Made by a program: the position numbers and the translations under genes. Shown one piece after another: positions 1-11,695 of a DNA stretch of 64,000 bases. Each line of letters opens with the position of its first letter. The stretch's first letter is position 1. Source of the DNA: Macrostomum lignano (taxonomy: Eukaryota); assembly GCA_002269645.1 (NCBI GenBank), contig NIVC01001665.1, positions 62,001-126,000 on the forward strand, written 5' to 3'. Below the pieces are notes generated by a model, which was not told the origin of the DNA, made no database searches, and saw nothing but the letters and a program-made list of their open reading frames with translations.

Positions 1-2995
1 GACTGATTCTTAGGTTGGTAAAGAACCGATTCTTAGGTTGGTAAAGAACCGATTCTTAGGTTGGTAAAGAACCGATTCGTAGGTTGGTAAAGAACCGATT
101 CTTAGGTTGGTAAAGGACCGATTCTAAGGTTGGTAAAAGACCGATTCTTGGGTTGTCAAAGGACCAGTTCTTAGGTTGGTAAAAGACCGATTCTTAGAGT
201 GGTAAAGAACCGATTCTTAGGTTGGTAAAGAACCGATTCTTAGGTTGGTAAAGGACCGATTCTTAGGTTGGTAAAGGACCGATTCTTAGAGTGGTAAAGA
301 ACCGATTCTTATGTTGTTAAAGAACCGATTCTTAGGTTGGTAAAGGACCGATTCTTAGGTTGGTAAAGGACCGATTCTTAGGTTGGTAAAGGACCAGTTC
401 TTAGGTTGGTAAAGGACCGATTCTTAGGTTGGTAAAGGACCGATTCTTAGGTTGGTAAAGGACCGATTCTTAGGTTGGTAAAGGACCGATTCTTAGAGTG
501 GTAAAGAACCGATTCTTAGGTTGGTAAAGAACCGATTCTTAGGTTGGTAAAGGACCGATTCTTAGGTTGGTAAAGGACCGATTCTTAGGTTGGTAAAGGA
601 CCGATTCTAAGGTTGGTAAAAGACCGATTCTTGGGTTGTCAAAGGACCAGTTCTTAGGTTGGTAAAAGACCGATTCTTAGAGTGGTAAAGAACCGATTCT
701 TAGGTTGGTAAAGAACCGATTCTTAGGTTGGTAAAGGACCGATTCTTAGGTTGGTAAAGGACCGATTCTTAGAGTGGTAAAGAACCGATTCTTATGTTGT
801 TAAAGAACCGATTCTTAGGTTGGTAAAGGACCGATTCTTAGGTTGGTAAAGGACCGATTCTTAGGTTGGTAAAGGACCAGTTCTTAGGTTGGTAAAGGAC
901 CGATTCTTAGGTTGGTAAAGGACCGATTCTTAGGTTGGTAAAGGACCGATTCTTAGGTTGGTAAAGGACCGATTCTTAGAGTGGTAAAGAACCGATTCTT
1001 AGGTTGGTAAAGAACCGATTCTTAGGTTGGTAAAGGACCGATTCTTAGGTTGGTAAAGGACCGATTCTTAGGTTGGTAAAGGACCGATTCTTAGGTTGGT
1101 AAAGGACCGATTCTTAGGTTGGTAAAGGACCGATTCTTAGAGTGGTAAAGGACCGATTCTTAGGTTGGTAAAGAACCGATTCTTAGGTTGGTAAAGGACC
1201 GATTCTTAGGTTGGTAAAGGACCAGTTCTTAGGTTGGTAAAGGACCGATTCTTAGGTTGGTAAAGGACCGATTCTTAGGTTGGTAAAGGACCGATCCTTA
1301 GGTTGGTAAAGGACCGATTCTTAGGTTGGTAAAGGACCGATTCTTAGGTTGGTAAAGGACCGATTCTTAGAGTGGTAAAGAACCGATTCTTAGGTTGGTA
1401 AAGAACCGATTCTTAGGTTGGTAAAGGACCGATTCTTAGGTTGGTAAAGGACCAGTTCTTAGGTTGGTAAAGGACCGATTCTTAGGTTGGTAAAGGACCG
1501 ATTCTTAGGTTGGTAAGGAACCGATCCTTAGGTTGGTTAAGAACCGATTCTTAGGTTGGTAAAGGACCGATTCTTAGAGTGGTAAAGAACCGATTCTTAG
1601 GTTGGTAAAGAACCGATTCTTAGGTTGGTAAAGGACCGATTCTTAGGTTGGTAAGGAACCGATCCTTAGGTTGGTAAAGAACCGATTCTTAGGTTGGTTA
1701 AGGACCGATTCTTAGGTTGGTAAAGGACCGATTCTTAGGTTGGTAAAGGACCGATTCTTAGGTTGGTAAAGGACTGATTCTTAGGTTGGTAAAGAACCGA
1801 TTCTTAGGTTGGTAAAGAACCGATTCTTAGGTTGGTAAAGAACCGATTCGTAGGTTGGTAAAGAACCGATTCTTAGGTTGGTAAAAGACCGATTCTTGGG
1901 TTGGTAAAGGACCAGTTCTTAGGTTGGTAAAGGACCGATTCTTAGAGTGGTAAAGAACCGATTCTTAGGTTGGTAAAGAACCGATTCTTAGGTTGGTAAA
2001 GGACCGATTCTTAGGTTGGTAAAGGACCGATTCTTAGAGTGGTAAAGAACCGATTCTTAGGTTGGTAAAGGACCGATTCTTAGGTTGGTAAAGGACCGAT
2101 TCTAAGGTTGGTAAAGGACCGATTCGTAGGTTGGTAAAGGACCGATTCTTAGAGTGGTAAAGAACCGATTCTTAGGTTGGTAAAGAACCGATTCTTAGGT
2201 TGGTAAAGGACCGATTCTTAGGTTGGTAAAGGACCGATTCTTAGGTTGGTAAAGGACCGATTCGTAGGTTGGTAAAGAACCGATTCTTAGGTTGGTAAAG
2301 AACCGATTCTTAGGTTGGTAAAGGACCGATTCTTAGGTTGGTAAAGGACCGATTCTTAGGTTGTCAAATTACCGATTCTTAGGTTGTCCAATTACCGATT
2401 CTTAGGTTGTCCAATTACCGATTCTTAGGTTATTAAAGGACCGATTCTTAGGTTATCAAAGGACCGATTCTTAGGTTGTCAAAGGACCGATTATTATGTT
2501 ATCAAAGGACCGATTCTTAGGTTGTCAAATTACCGATTCTTAGGTTGTCCAATTACCGATTCTTAGGTTATCAAAGGACCGATTCTTAGGTTATCAAAGG
2601 ACCGATTCTTAGGTTGTCAAATTACCGATTCTTAGGTTATCAAAGGACTGATTCTTAGGTTGTCACAGGACCGATTCTTAGGTTCTCAAATGACCGATTA
2701 TTAGTTTATCAAAGGACCGATTCTTAGGTTGTCAAAAGACCGATTCTTAGGTTATGAAATGATCGATTCTTAGGTTGTCAAATGACCGATTCATAGGTTG
2801 TCAAATGACCGATTCTTAGGTTGTCAAATGACCGGTTCTTTAGGTTGTCAAATTACCGATTCTTAGGTTGTCAAATTACCGATTCTTAGGTTGTCAAATT
2901 ACCGATTCTTAGGTTGTCAAATTACCGATTCTTAGGTTGTCAAATGACCAATTTTTAGGTTGGTAAATGACCGATTCTTTGGTTTTTAAAGGACA
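1..2995 (+). repeat. 23-bp tandem satellite (ACCGATTCTTAGGTTGGTAAAG[G/A]), ~130 units, runs off the left edge of the window
   Basis: The 23-bp period is directly visible (ACTGATT at 2, ACCGATT at 25). Diagnostic variant units recur 483 bp (21 units) apart: ATTCTAAGG at 121/604 and ATGTTGTT at 311/794. Units decay toward ~2360-2995. Confidence 0.97.
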
Positions 2996-3574
2996 GTTTC
3001 ATTGATTAGTACATAAAAGCGATTCTGTGTGGTAAAGATTTGTATTTTATAAGTTGACGAAATTGAAGAACATTAAATTTTGTCAGAAAATCGCCAGTAG
3101 AAAATACTGTATGACAGTAGTTGACAATGGCAAAATCAGAGCAAGAATTCAGCTAAGTTACCAAGTTCCCTTAGCGCCTTAAATACGCTGCCTTCCAGTC
3201 AGCCATTAATTCAAAAGCCATCACAAAGAACCAAAGCACCCACAAAAGAAATCAAAATAGAAAGTCTATACGCTTCAGTGCTTTATACCTACAGATGTAT
3301 TTAGTGTACAAAGATTGTTGGAAAAAATCGATTAGAATCAATAAAATATGCAAAAGCCATTTTACAGTGTGATAGCGTTACCTTTAACTTAGAAACCTCT
3401 CCTAATCTCTAATCACTGAAAATCAACCAAGGAATAAAGGGAATAAAGACATAGAAAGCCAACCTGTTTGACACATAGTTTGACTCCGGAACACAGCGAC
3501 TCATTTCGGATAGTTTTAAATCGAATAAAAGTACTTGCGATCAAATCAAAACCTGATAAGAGGACCCTGCGATG

Positions 3575-3972
3575 CGGGTTGAAGTCACTCACTGATTCAC
3601 TCACTGATTCACTCATTCTCACACGCCCACTCACTGATTCACCTCATTCTCACACGTTCACTCACTGATTCACTCATTCTCACACGCTCACTCACTGGTT
3701 CACTCATTCTCACTCGCTCACTCACTGATTCATTCATTCTCACACGCTCACTCACTGATTCACCTCATTCTCACACGTTCACTCACTGATTCACCTCATT
3801 CTCACACGTTCACTCACTGATTCACCTCATTCTCACACGTTCACTCACTGATTCACCTCATTCTCACACGTTCACTCACTGATTCACCTCATTCTCACAC
3901 GTTCACTCACTGATTCACTCATTCTCACACGCTCACTCACTGATTCACTTATTCTCACACGCCCACTCACTA
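3575..3972 (+). repeat. 30/31-bp minisatellite (CACTCACTGATTCAC[C]TCATTCTCACACG[TT/CT])
   Basis: TCACTGATTC recurs at 3601, 3631, 3662 and onward; about 12 units. Confidence 0.93.
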
Positions 3973-4799
3973 GTGAATTAACTGGGCAAACAATCATTTT
4001 CAAACACAGCCACTAAGGAAGCAAACCTCGTGAGAATTTCTGTACAAGGTGATCGGGTATCCAAGTATCTGGAGTGGAGGAAAAGGAGACCCTTCTAGGA
4101 ATTATCGGTTCTGAAAACAATGGCCGAACAATTTTCCAATCCAGATGATGAATCTAGTAGTCCACGGTTTGGGTTTGGTAAGAAACTCTTTCTCAATTCT
4201 ACTTCCACCCCAACTTCTCTCTCTTGCACCATTTTCCCCTCAGTATTGAATAGCTCCCACTCCTTAAAATGCCAAGAGAGCGCAGTATAGCCACACAGAG
4301 AAAACAATTGATTTCTCAGCTTAACTCACTTCTCTCCCCTATTTTACCCCCACCCCCCCGGCCACTGCAACCGCCCTCCTCGGTTCTGCCCAAGCCTATT
4401 GAATTCTTAACTTTCTTTCAATGGCTTGAGGCAGAACTCTCACCTACCTCAGCTCCTTGCTCTGCAGTCTTCAACAGGGGAGCAGGCGTTGCATTCTTTC
4501 TGGAGTAGAAAAAATTCCCCATACACTTCTCCTCCCTTGCTTAGGGTTGAAGGAGGATTACTGGAGAATTAAAAAAATCTCAGATTATGTTTCACGCCAG
4601 TCACTTCTCTTCTCACAGGCTGAAATCTGCAGGCCCAGTAAAACTCGGAGAGCCCCCCTTTCACGCCACTACAGAAGTCCAGTTTCACACACAACCAGAT
4701 GTCTCAGTAATTATTCTATTCAATCTTTATTTTTGTGTTGGCAATTTCTCCTTTGTCTAGACGGATAAGCATAGGGTAATCTACACTACCTGCTTACTT

Positions 4800-5282
<483 letters not shown>

Positions 5283-6379
5283 CTTACAATCGACCAATAA
5301 ATGAATCCATCTATCCATAGGCTGAAAATGATGCAAGGGATGAATTCGGGTGTGCAAGGGATGAATTCGGGTGTTAGTTCACTTTGTCGAGCAGTCCTCC
5401 GCCAGACATCATTACCTGACAGTATTAGAATTAGAGAAACTGCAACAAACAGTTCACTGCAGATTTCCAATATTGCCAGATAAGATGTCGCATCAAAGAG
5501 AGGATTAACACTCTTCCAACATGCTGTTATACTACTGGTTTACTTACTGAATTAGTGCGCAGAGAATGAGGGGAAAAGAAAGGAGGTGCGAGCATTTCTG
5601 TAAGTTTAACAAGACAATCAAAGACACAAGAATTTAGAAATCAAACTCAGAGATAAGGGAGGCAACGTAGAAACAATGAGCTACGATTTAGTTTGAGAAA
5701 GACAGAACAGCTAAGACAACAGAGGGCACGGCAGGCAGACAAGAGAAGAGTGAGTCCTCGCTAGCGCACATGTTTAAAAGCGTCTGAGGGAGGAGAGGAA
5801 GGAAGGGAGGGGTTGAGTGAATGAGCCAGAGAACTGACGCCCAGCCAATAGAATCTGGTCTTGGAGCTAATTTTAGCAACCCCAACTCAAACCCAACAAT
5901 ACACTCCGTTAAAGGAGTAGCTGAGCTGTGTTGAGTTGTTGAGACCGCGGCCTAGGCGTGAGTGACAGTCGACAGTAATAGGTTAGTGAGGAGTTGCAAG
6001 GTTGCTGTCCCGTGTCTCATAGCTCACGCCAACAGCTCACAACGGGGTGCCTTCATTGGCCCACTGTCTCGAGAGTACAATGCCCCAATTCCACACGCCA
6101 TGGCTTGCTTGCTCTGTACGCGTCTCTTCCTATCTTTGTCTAGTGAGGGTTTCTCTGTCTGAGATTGGAATTGCATGGCATTGCATTAAATATTATTATA
6201 TTAGATTAGTCTAAGCTCGTACAGACAGAATCGAGATTAGTAGGTTTACGAATTTCTTGTTGGTTATTTACCTGTGGGTGGTGTTTGAGACATGAAATCC
6301 CATATAATAAAAATTAATAGGCTATAATTACATCTAGTCTATTCGTAGCTTATTAAATCTATTCCAAATGGAGTTCGAA

Positions 6380-6860
6380 TCTAGCCATTGGGCGCTAAAC
6401 TCTAGCCAGTGGGCGCTAAACTCTAGCCAGTGGGCGCTAAACTCTAGCCAGTGGGCGCTAAAATCTAGCCAGTGGGCGCTAAACTCTAGCCAGTGGCGCT
6501 AAAATCTAAACAGTGGGCGCTGAAATCTAGCCAGTGGCGCTAAAATCTAAACAGTGGGCGCTGAAATCTAGCCAGTGGCGCTAACATCTAACCAGTGGGC
6601 GCTGAAATCTAGCCAGTGGGCGCTGAAATCTAGCTAGTGGCGCTAACATCTAACCAGTGGGCGCTGAAATCTAGCCAGTGGAGCTAACATCTAACCAGTG
6701 GGCGCTGAAATCTAGCCAGTGGCGCTAACATCTAACCAGTGGGCGCTGAAATCTAGCCAGTGGAGCTAACATCTAACCAGTGGGCGCTGAAATCTAGCCA
6801 GTGGCGCTAACATCTAACCAGTGGGCGCTGAAATCTAGCCAGTGGCGCTAACATCTAACC
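6380..6860 (+). repeat. 20/21-bp minisatellite (CTAGCCAGTG[G]GCGCTAAAAT and variants)
   Basis: Direct tandem units; the later part alternates two variant units. Confidence 0.93.
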
Positions 6861-7652
6861 ACAATAATGCTTTGGTCTCTTCGTTTCAAATTATTGCAAC
6901 AGCAGTCTCTTGTTAAGAAAATGACGCACCCCCTGGGCCGATCCCACTTGGGCCACCCATTATATATTTAACTAAGCCATACAAAAGCCTGTGTTGAACG
7001 CGTGTCTGGACAATGCTTTGTTAATAAAAATAATAATACCTATATGACCCTGCAAATTGCACCAGTCTCTGAGCTGCCAAACTCGTTCTCTCTGCGCTCT
7101 GTCTCTTAATTTTCTATATCTTTCTCTCAAAACTCGACCTGTTTTTTTTTACACACAGTCTGAGCTCTGACCAACACTCAACAGGGTAACCCAGGTAACT
7201 GCGGGCAACACAGAAAAAACTTTTTTTCTTTACTTTCCTTTACTCGGTTCTCTGGAATTCTTTTGTAAATAATTTATTCATCGTTTCTTAGGGGTGTAAT
7301 AAATTTAAACAATCGACACTAATAGACTTTATAAGGTTTTAGATATTTTATATTTTTGGACGTTTTAGATGACTTTAATAATAATTTCCTTTTCAATAAA
7401 ATTGTATTCGGTTTAAAACCACAGCTGCTTTTATTGTTTCTATTGTTGTTAGCGTTTAAATAGTGAATCATGTGTGTGTAATTTTAGTGCAATTTCGTGC
7501 AAAATATGACAACTTAAGTTGCCAATTCTCATCGCTCTACTGTCCAACTCTGTATAGTAGTAAGTTTGGCGTGTATGTTAAAAAACAAATAATAAGTTTA
7601 ATAAATACTTTTGAATTTTCACATCATTGATGCTTGATTACGAGTTGATATA

Positions 7653-8582
7653 CAAGTGACACCTGTTAGACAGACACAAGTGACACCTGTTAGACAGACA
7701 CAAGTGACACCTGTTAGACAGACACAAGTGACACCTGTTAGACAGACACAAGTGACACCTGTTAGACAGACACAAGTGACACCTGTTAGGCAGACACAAG
7801 TGACACCTGTTAGACAGACACAAGTGACACCTGTTAGACAGACACAAGTGACACCTGTTAGACAGACACAAGTGACACCTGTTAGACAGACACAAGTGAC
7901 ACCTGTTAGGCAGACACAAGTGACACCTGTTAGACAGACACAAGTGACACCTGTTAGACAGACACAAGTGACACCTGTTAGGCAGACACAAGTGACACCT
8001 GTTAGACAGACACAAGTGACACCTGTTATCTGACACAAGTGACACCTGTTAGACAGACACAAGTGACACCTGTTAGGCAGACACAAGTGACACCTGTTAG
8101 ACAGACACAAGTGACACCTGTTAGACAGACACAAGTGACACCTGTTAGACAGACACAAGTGACACCTGTTAGACAGACACAAGTGACACCTGTTAGACAG
8201 ACACAAGTGACACCTGTTAGACAGACACAAGTGACACCTGTTAGACAGACACAAGTGACACCTGTTAGGCAGACACAAGTGACACCTGTTAGACAGACGC
8301 AAGTGACACCTGTTAGACAGACACAAGTGACACCTGTTAGACAGACACAAGTGACACCTGTTAGACAGACACAAGTGACACCTGTTAGACAGACACAAGT
8401 GACACCTGTTAGACAGACACAAGTGACACCTGTTAGACAGACACAAGTGACACCTGTTAGACAGACACAAGTGACACCTGTTATCTGACACAAGTGACAC
8501 CTGTTAGACAGACACAAGTGACACCTGTTAGGCATACACAAGTGACACCTGTAAGACAGACACAAGTGACACCTGTTAGACA
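7653..8582. repeat. 24-bp minisatellite (CAAGTGACACCTGTTAGACAGACA), ~39 units, in the intron following the 8599-9009 exon
   Basis: Direct tandem units. A 23-bp variant (CTGTTATCTGACA) occurs at ~8027 and ~8482, 455 bp apart, indicating block duplication. Confidence 0.97.
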
Positions 8583-8598
8583 ATCATACCACACTAAC

Positions 8599-9009
8599 CT
8601 TCTTCCTTCGCAGATAAGTTTGAAATGACTTTTGCAAAGCGGAACTTCTTGACCCAGCAGTTGTCGACGTGGACTTGGCGTCCTGGTCATCGCCAAAGTC
8701 AATAAAGAATGCAGCGGCAGTAGCCGGTGATGCAGCCGGAACAACAGCGGGGGTCGGCAGGTCTGCTTGGAAATCGGCAACACTTTCCTCTTCTGAAGTT
8801 GACGATGATGCGGTCGATGCTGACTCATCTTCAATGTCGCTTCCATCATCGCCAGATGCTGACTCTCCATTGCACTCTTCATCCTCATTGGCATCTTCAG
8901 CGCTACTGGAACTGGTATCCTCGTTAGCATCCAGGATAACATCTGTCTGATTTTGCTTCCCTGACTCATCGCAGTAGATGGACTGTTCAGCTTCCACAGC
9001 AGATGGCAT
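8599..9009 (-). CDS. Probable first coding exon (137 codons) of an uncharacterised acidic, Ser/Ala-rich protein; downstream exons not identified
   Basis: GC-rich island in AT-rich DNA. ATG at 9009; the open frame has a D/E/S-rich tract, FFIDF and ALQKSFQTYLRRKK, and ends at a donor-like AAG|GTTAGT (intron starts 8598, phase 0). Confidence 0.55.
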
Positions 9010-9290
9010 GTCAATTATTTAATATAATAATCTGTTTGATTTTTAGTGACCTACTAGTGTGTTCATTTGTTAGCATGCAAAATATTGTTTAAAAAAATCA
9101 CAATTAGTCATTTGGCGATAGGTTTGAATAGAATTTAGCTAGTCGTTAGGGCTTGGTGTTTGTGAATATTAATTTTTGATCTTGCGTCAGATTTTATAAT
9201 GTTGAAATTGATGTGTTTCTTATGGATCACTTTTTTTTGCTTTTCCATCATGTGCAAAGCACTATATAGATGTCAATATAGCAAATTTAG

Positions 9291-9760
<470 letters not shown>

Positions 9761-9804
9761 ACCTTGGCCTCTTTTACATTGAGGTTGCGATAGGAGCCTC
9801 AAAA

Positions 9805-10384
9805 AACCGATTCTTGGTTGTGAAATTACCGATTCTTATTTTGCCAAAGGACCGATTCTTAGCTTGCCAAAGGACCGATTCTTAGCTTGCAAAAGGACCG
9901 ATTCTTAGCTTGCAAAAGGACCGATTCTTAGGTTGTCCAAAGGACCAATTTTTAGGTTCTCCAAAAGACCAATTCTTAGGTTGCCAAAGGACCGATTCTT
10001 AGGTTGCCAAAGGACCGATTCTTAGGTTGTCAAAGGACCGATTCTTAGGTTGGTAAAGGACCGATTCTTAGGTTTGTAAAGGATCGATTCTTAGGTTGGT
10101 AAAGAATCGATTCTTAGGTTGGTAAAGAACCGATTCTTAGGTTGGTAAAGGACCAATTTTTAGGTTCTCCAAAGGACCGATTCTTAGGTTGCCAAAGGAC
10201 CGATTCTTAGTTTGCCAAAGGACCGATTCTTAGGTTGTCCAAAGGACCAATTTTTAGGTTCTCCAAAAGACCGATTCTTAGGTTGCCAAAGGACCGATGC
10301 TTAGGTTGCCAAGGGACCGATTCTTAGGTTGTCAAAGGACCGATTCTTAGGTTGGTAAAGGACCGATTCTTAGGTTGGTAAAAG
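9805..10384 (+). repeat. Second locus of the 23-bp satellite (left part, interrupted by the hAT insertion)
   Basis: Same ACCGATTCTTAGGTTG[G/C/T]..AAAGG unit as 1-2995. Confidence 0.95.
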
Positions 10385-10437
10385 CAGTGGCGTACGCAGG
10401 GGGGGGCCGGGGGGCCGCGGCCCCCCCAATCGCCCGC

Positions 10438-11000
10438 CAAAAAAATTACGCCCCCCACAAAAATTGCGCACCCCACAAAAATTGCCCCCCCCACAAAAAT
10501 TGCCCCCTCCCCACTAAAATTGCGCCCTCACAAAAATTGCCCCCTGACAAAAATTGCGCCCCCACAGTTCCACTAAAATTGCCCCTCCCCAGGGAGTGGC
10601 AGAGCCTAATATTTTAGGGGGGCACTGGGCACAGGGCAAGTGGGCACAGCACAGGTACCTTTATATAAGCTGCTAATAATTAGGGCCTAAAATATCAGAA
10701 AAGGCACTAAAAATTACCGCCCGTGCGGTAAACGTGCCCCCGGTGCCGTAAGCTCCCGCCGCCTATCGATCCCCGCACAAAAATTGCGGCCACACAAAAA
10801 TTGCGCCCCCACAAAAATTGCCCCTTAAAAAAATTGTGCCCCCACAAAAATTGCGCCCCTCCAACAACGAAACGATGGGGTATAAGCTCGATGAATGATA
10901 GGGGCGCCCACCTAAGGGACACGGACGCCCATTTAAGAGACAAGGGCGCACTGTAAGATACAGGGTGCCCACCCACCAAACGACAGGCGCCCACGCCCCA
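10438..11000 (+). repeat. hAT left subterminal repeats (CACAAAAATTGCGCCCC ~21-bp units; degenerate AAGAGACAGGGGCGCCCACC-like units at ~10895-11000)
   Basis: Repeated AAAAATTGC[G]CCCC motifs at 10438-10590 and 10775-10860; GGCGCCC motifs also occur at the right end (~15715-15750). Confidence 0.8.
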
Positions 11001-11695
11001 CCAACAGATAGTTAATTTTGTTTTTGTAATAAGTGCGTATAAATGAAACAAATATCATGAAGGTATGACTAATCAGTTTGAAAAGCTACCTATACTAAAT
11101 GTAGATTCTAATCATTTACTGAAAATTCTTCATTCCATTAAGCAGAAATAACTTAATTTTTAAGAACTTCGCAAATAACTAGCTGTTCAATTCTCGCTTT
11201 CTATATGCATGCTTGTACTTGGCGTCAGTCAGAATGTACACATTTTTCTAACATCAATTGAATAAGTTTGGCAAATAGACAACTCTCCACTGAATTTAAT
11301 CAACCCATTCTCTACTGATAAACATGTTAGCTAAAAAGCTCTCCGCTGTACATTAAAATCGTGTGCATACCCTCACCACATGAAGCAAACCGTCTCCCGT
11401 CCATTATCGATCGCGCGGGGTTGAGTTGAGAGAGAGGAGGTAAAACAAGGACTGCCTGCCCCCCCCCCCAACGCCCTAAGCCCTAAGAGCTACGCTTGAA
11501 AGTACGTAGAAAGAAAGTACTATGATGAACGTACGCTTACTTGTAAATAAAAGCGTCTGTGTTTGACTCATTCACGGAATATTCCTTATGCAAAGCAAAA
11601 CCAAGCAAATAAGCTTTAAAAAAACGCATTAATCCAATTCAACCTATCGAATCGAGAATGCATTTGAGAGCGTAGTCGGGACTCTGGACGGATTC

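Noticed and set aside
1-2995. CRISPR array or true telomere
   Set aside because: Units are contiguous with no unique spacers and there are no cas genes. The unit is 23 bp rather than a pure TTAGGG/TTAGG run, the G-rich strand has the wrong polarity for a left chromosome end, and the same repeat occurs internally at 9805.
4095-4768. DIRS RNase H-like 'VFRTDNS' fragment and neighbouring short ORFs
   Set aside because: A single short motif followed by a stop, with no other RT/RNase H/recombinase motifs recognisable.
6370-6400. GAGTTCGAATCT T-loop-like motif and CAGTGGCG (hAT TIR-like) within the 20/21-bp array
   Set aside because: Short matches without the rest of a tRNA fold or a partner TIR/TSD; likely chance.
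7619-8583. Cys/His-rich ORFs (NRCHLCLS, TGVTCVCL, TPVRQTQV) resembling metal-binding repeats
   Set aside because: They are products of the 24-bp tandem array, open in several frames with no unique sequence.
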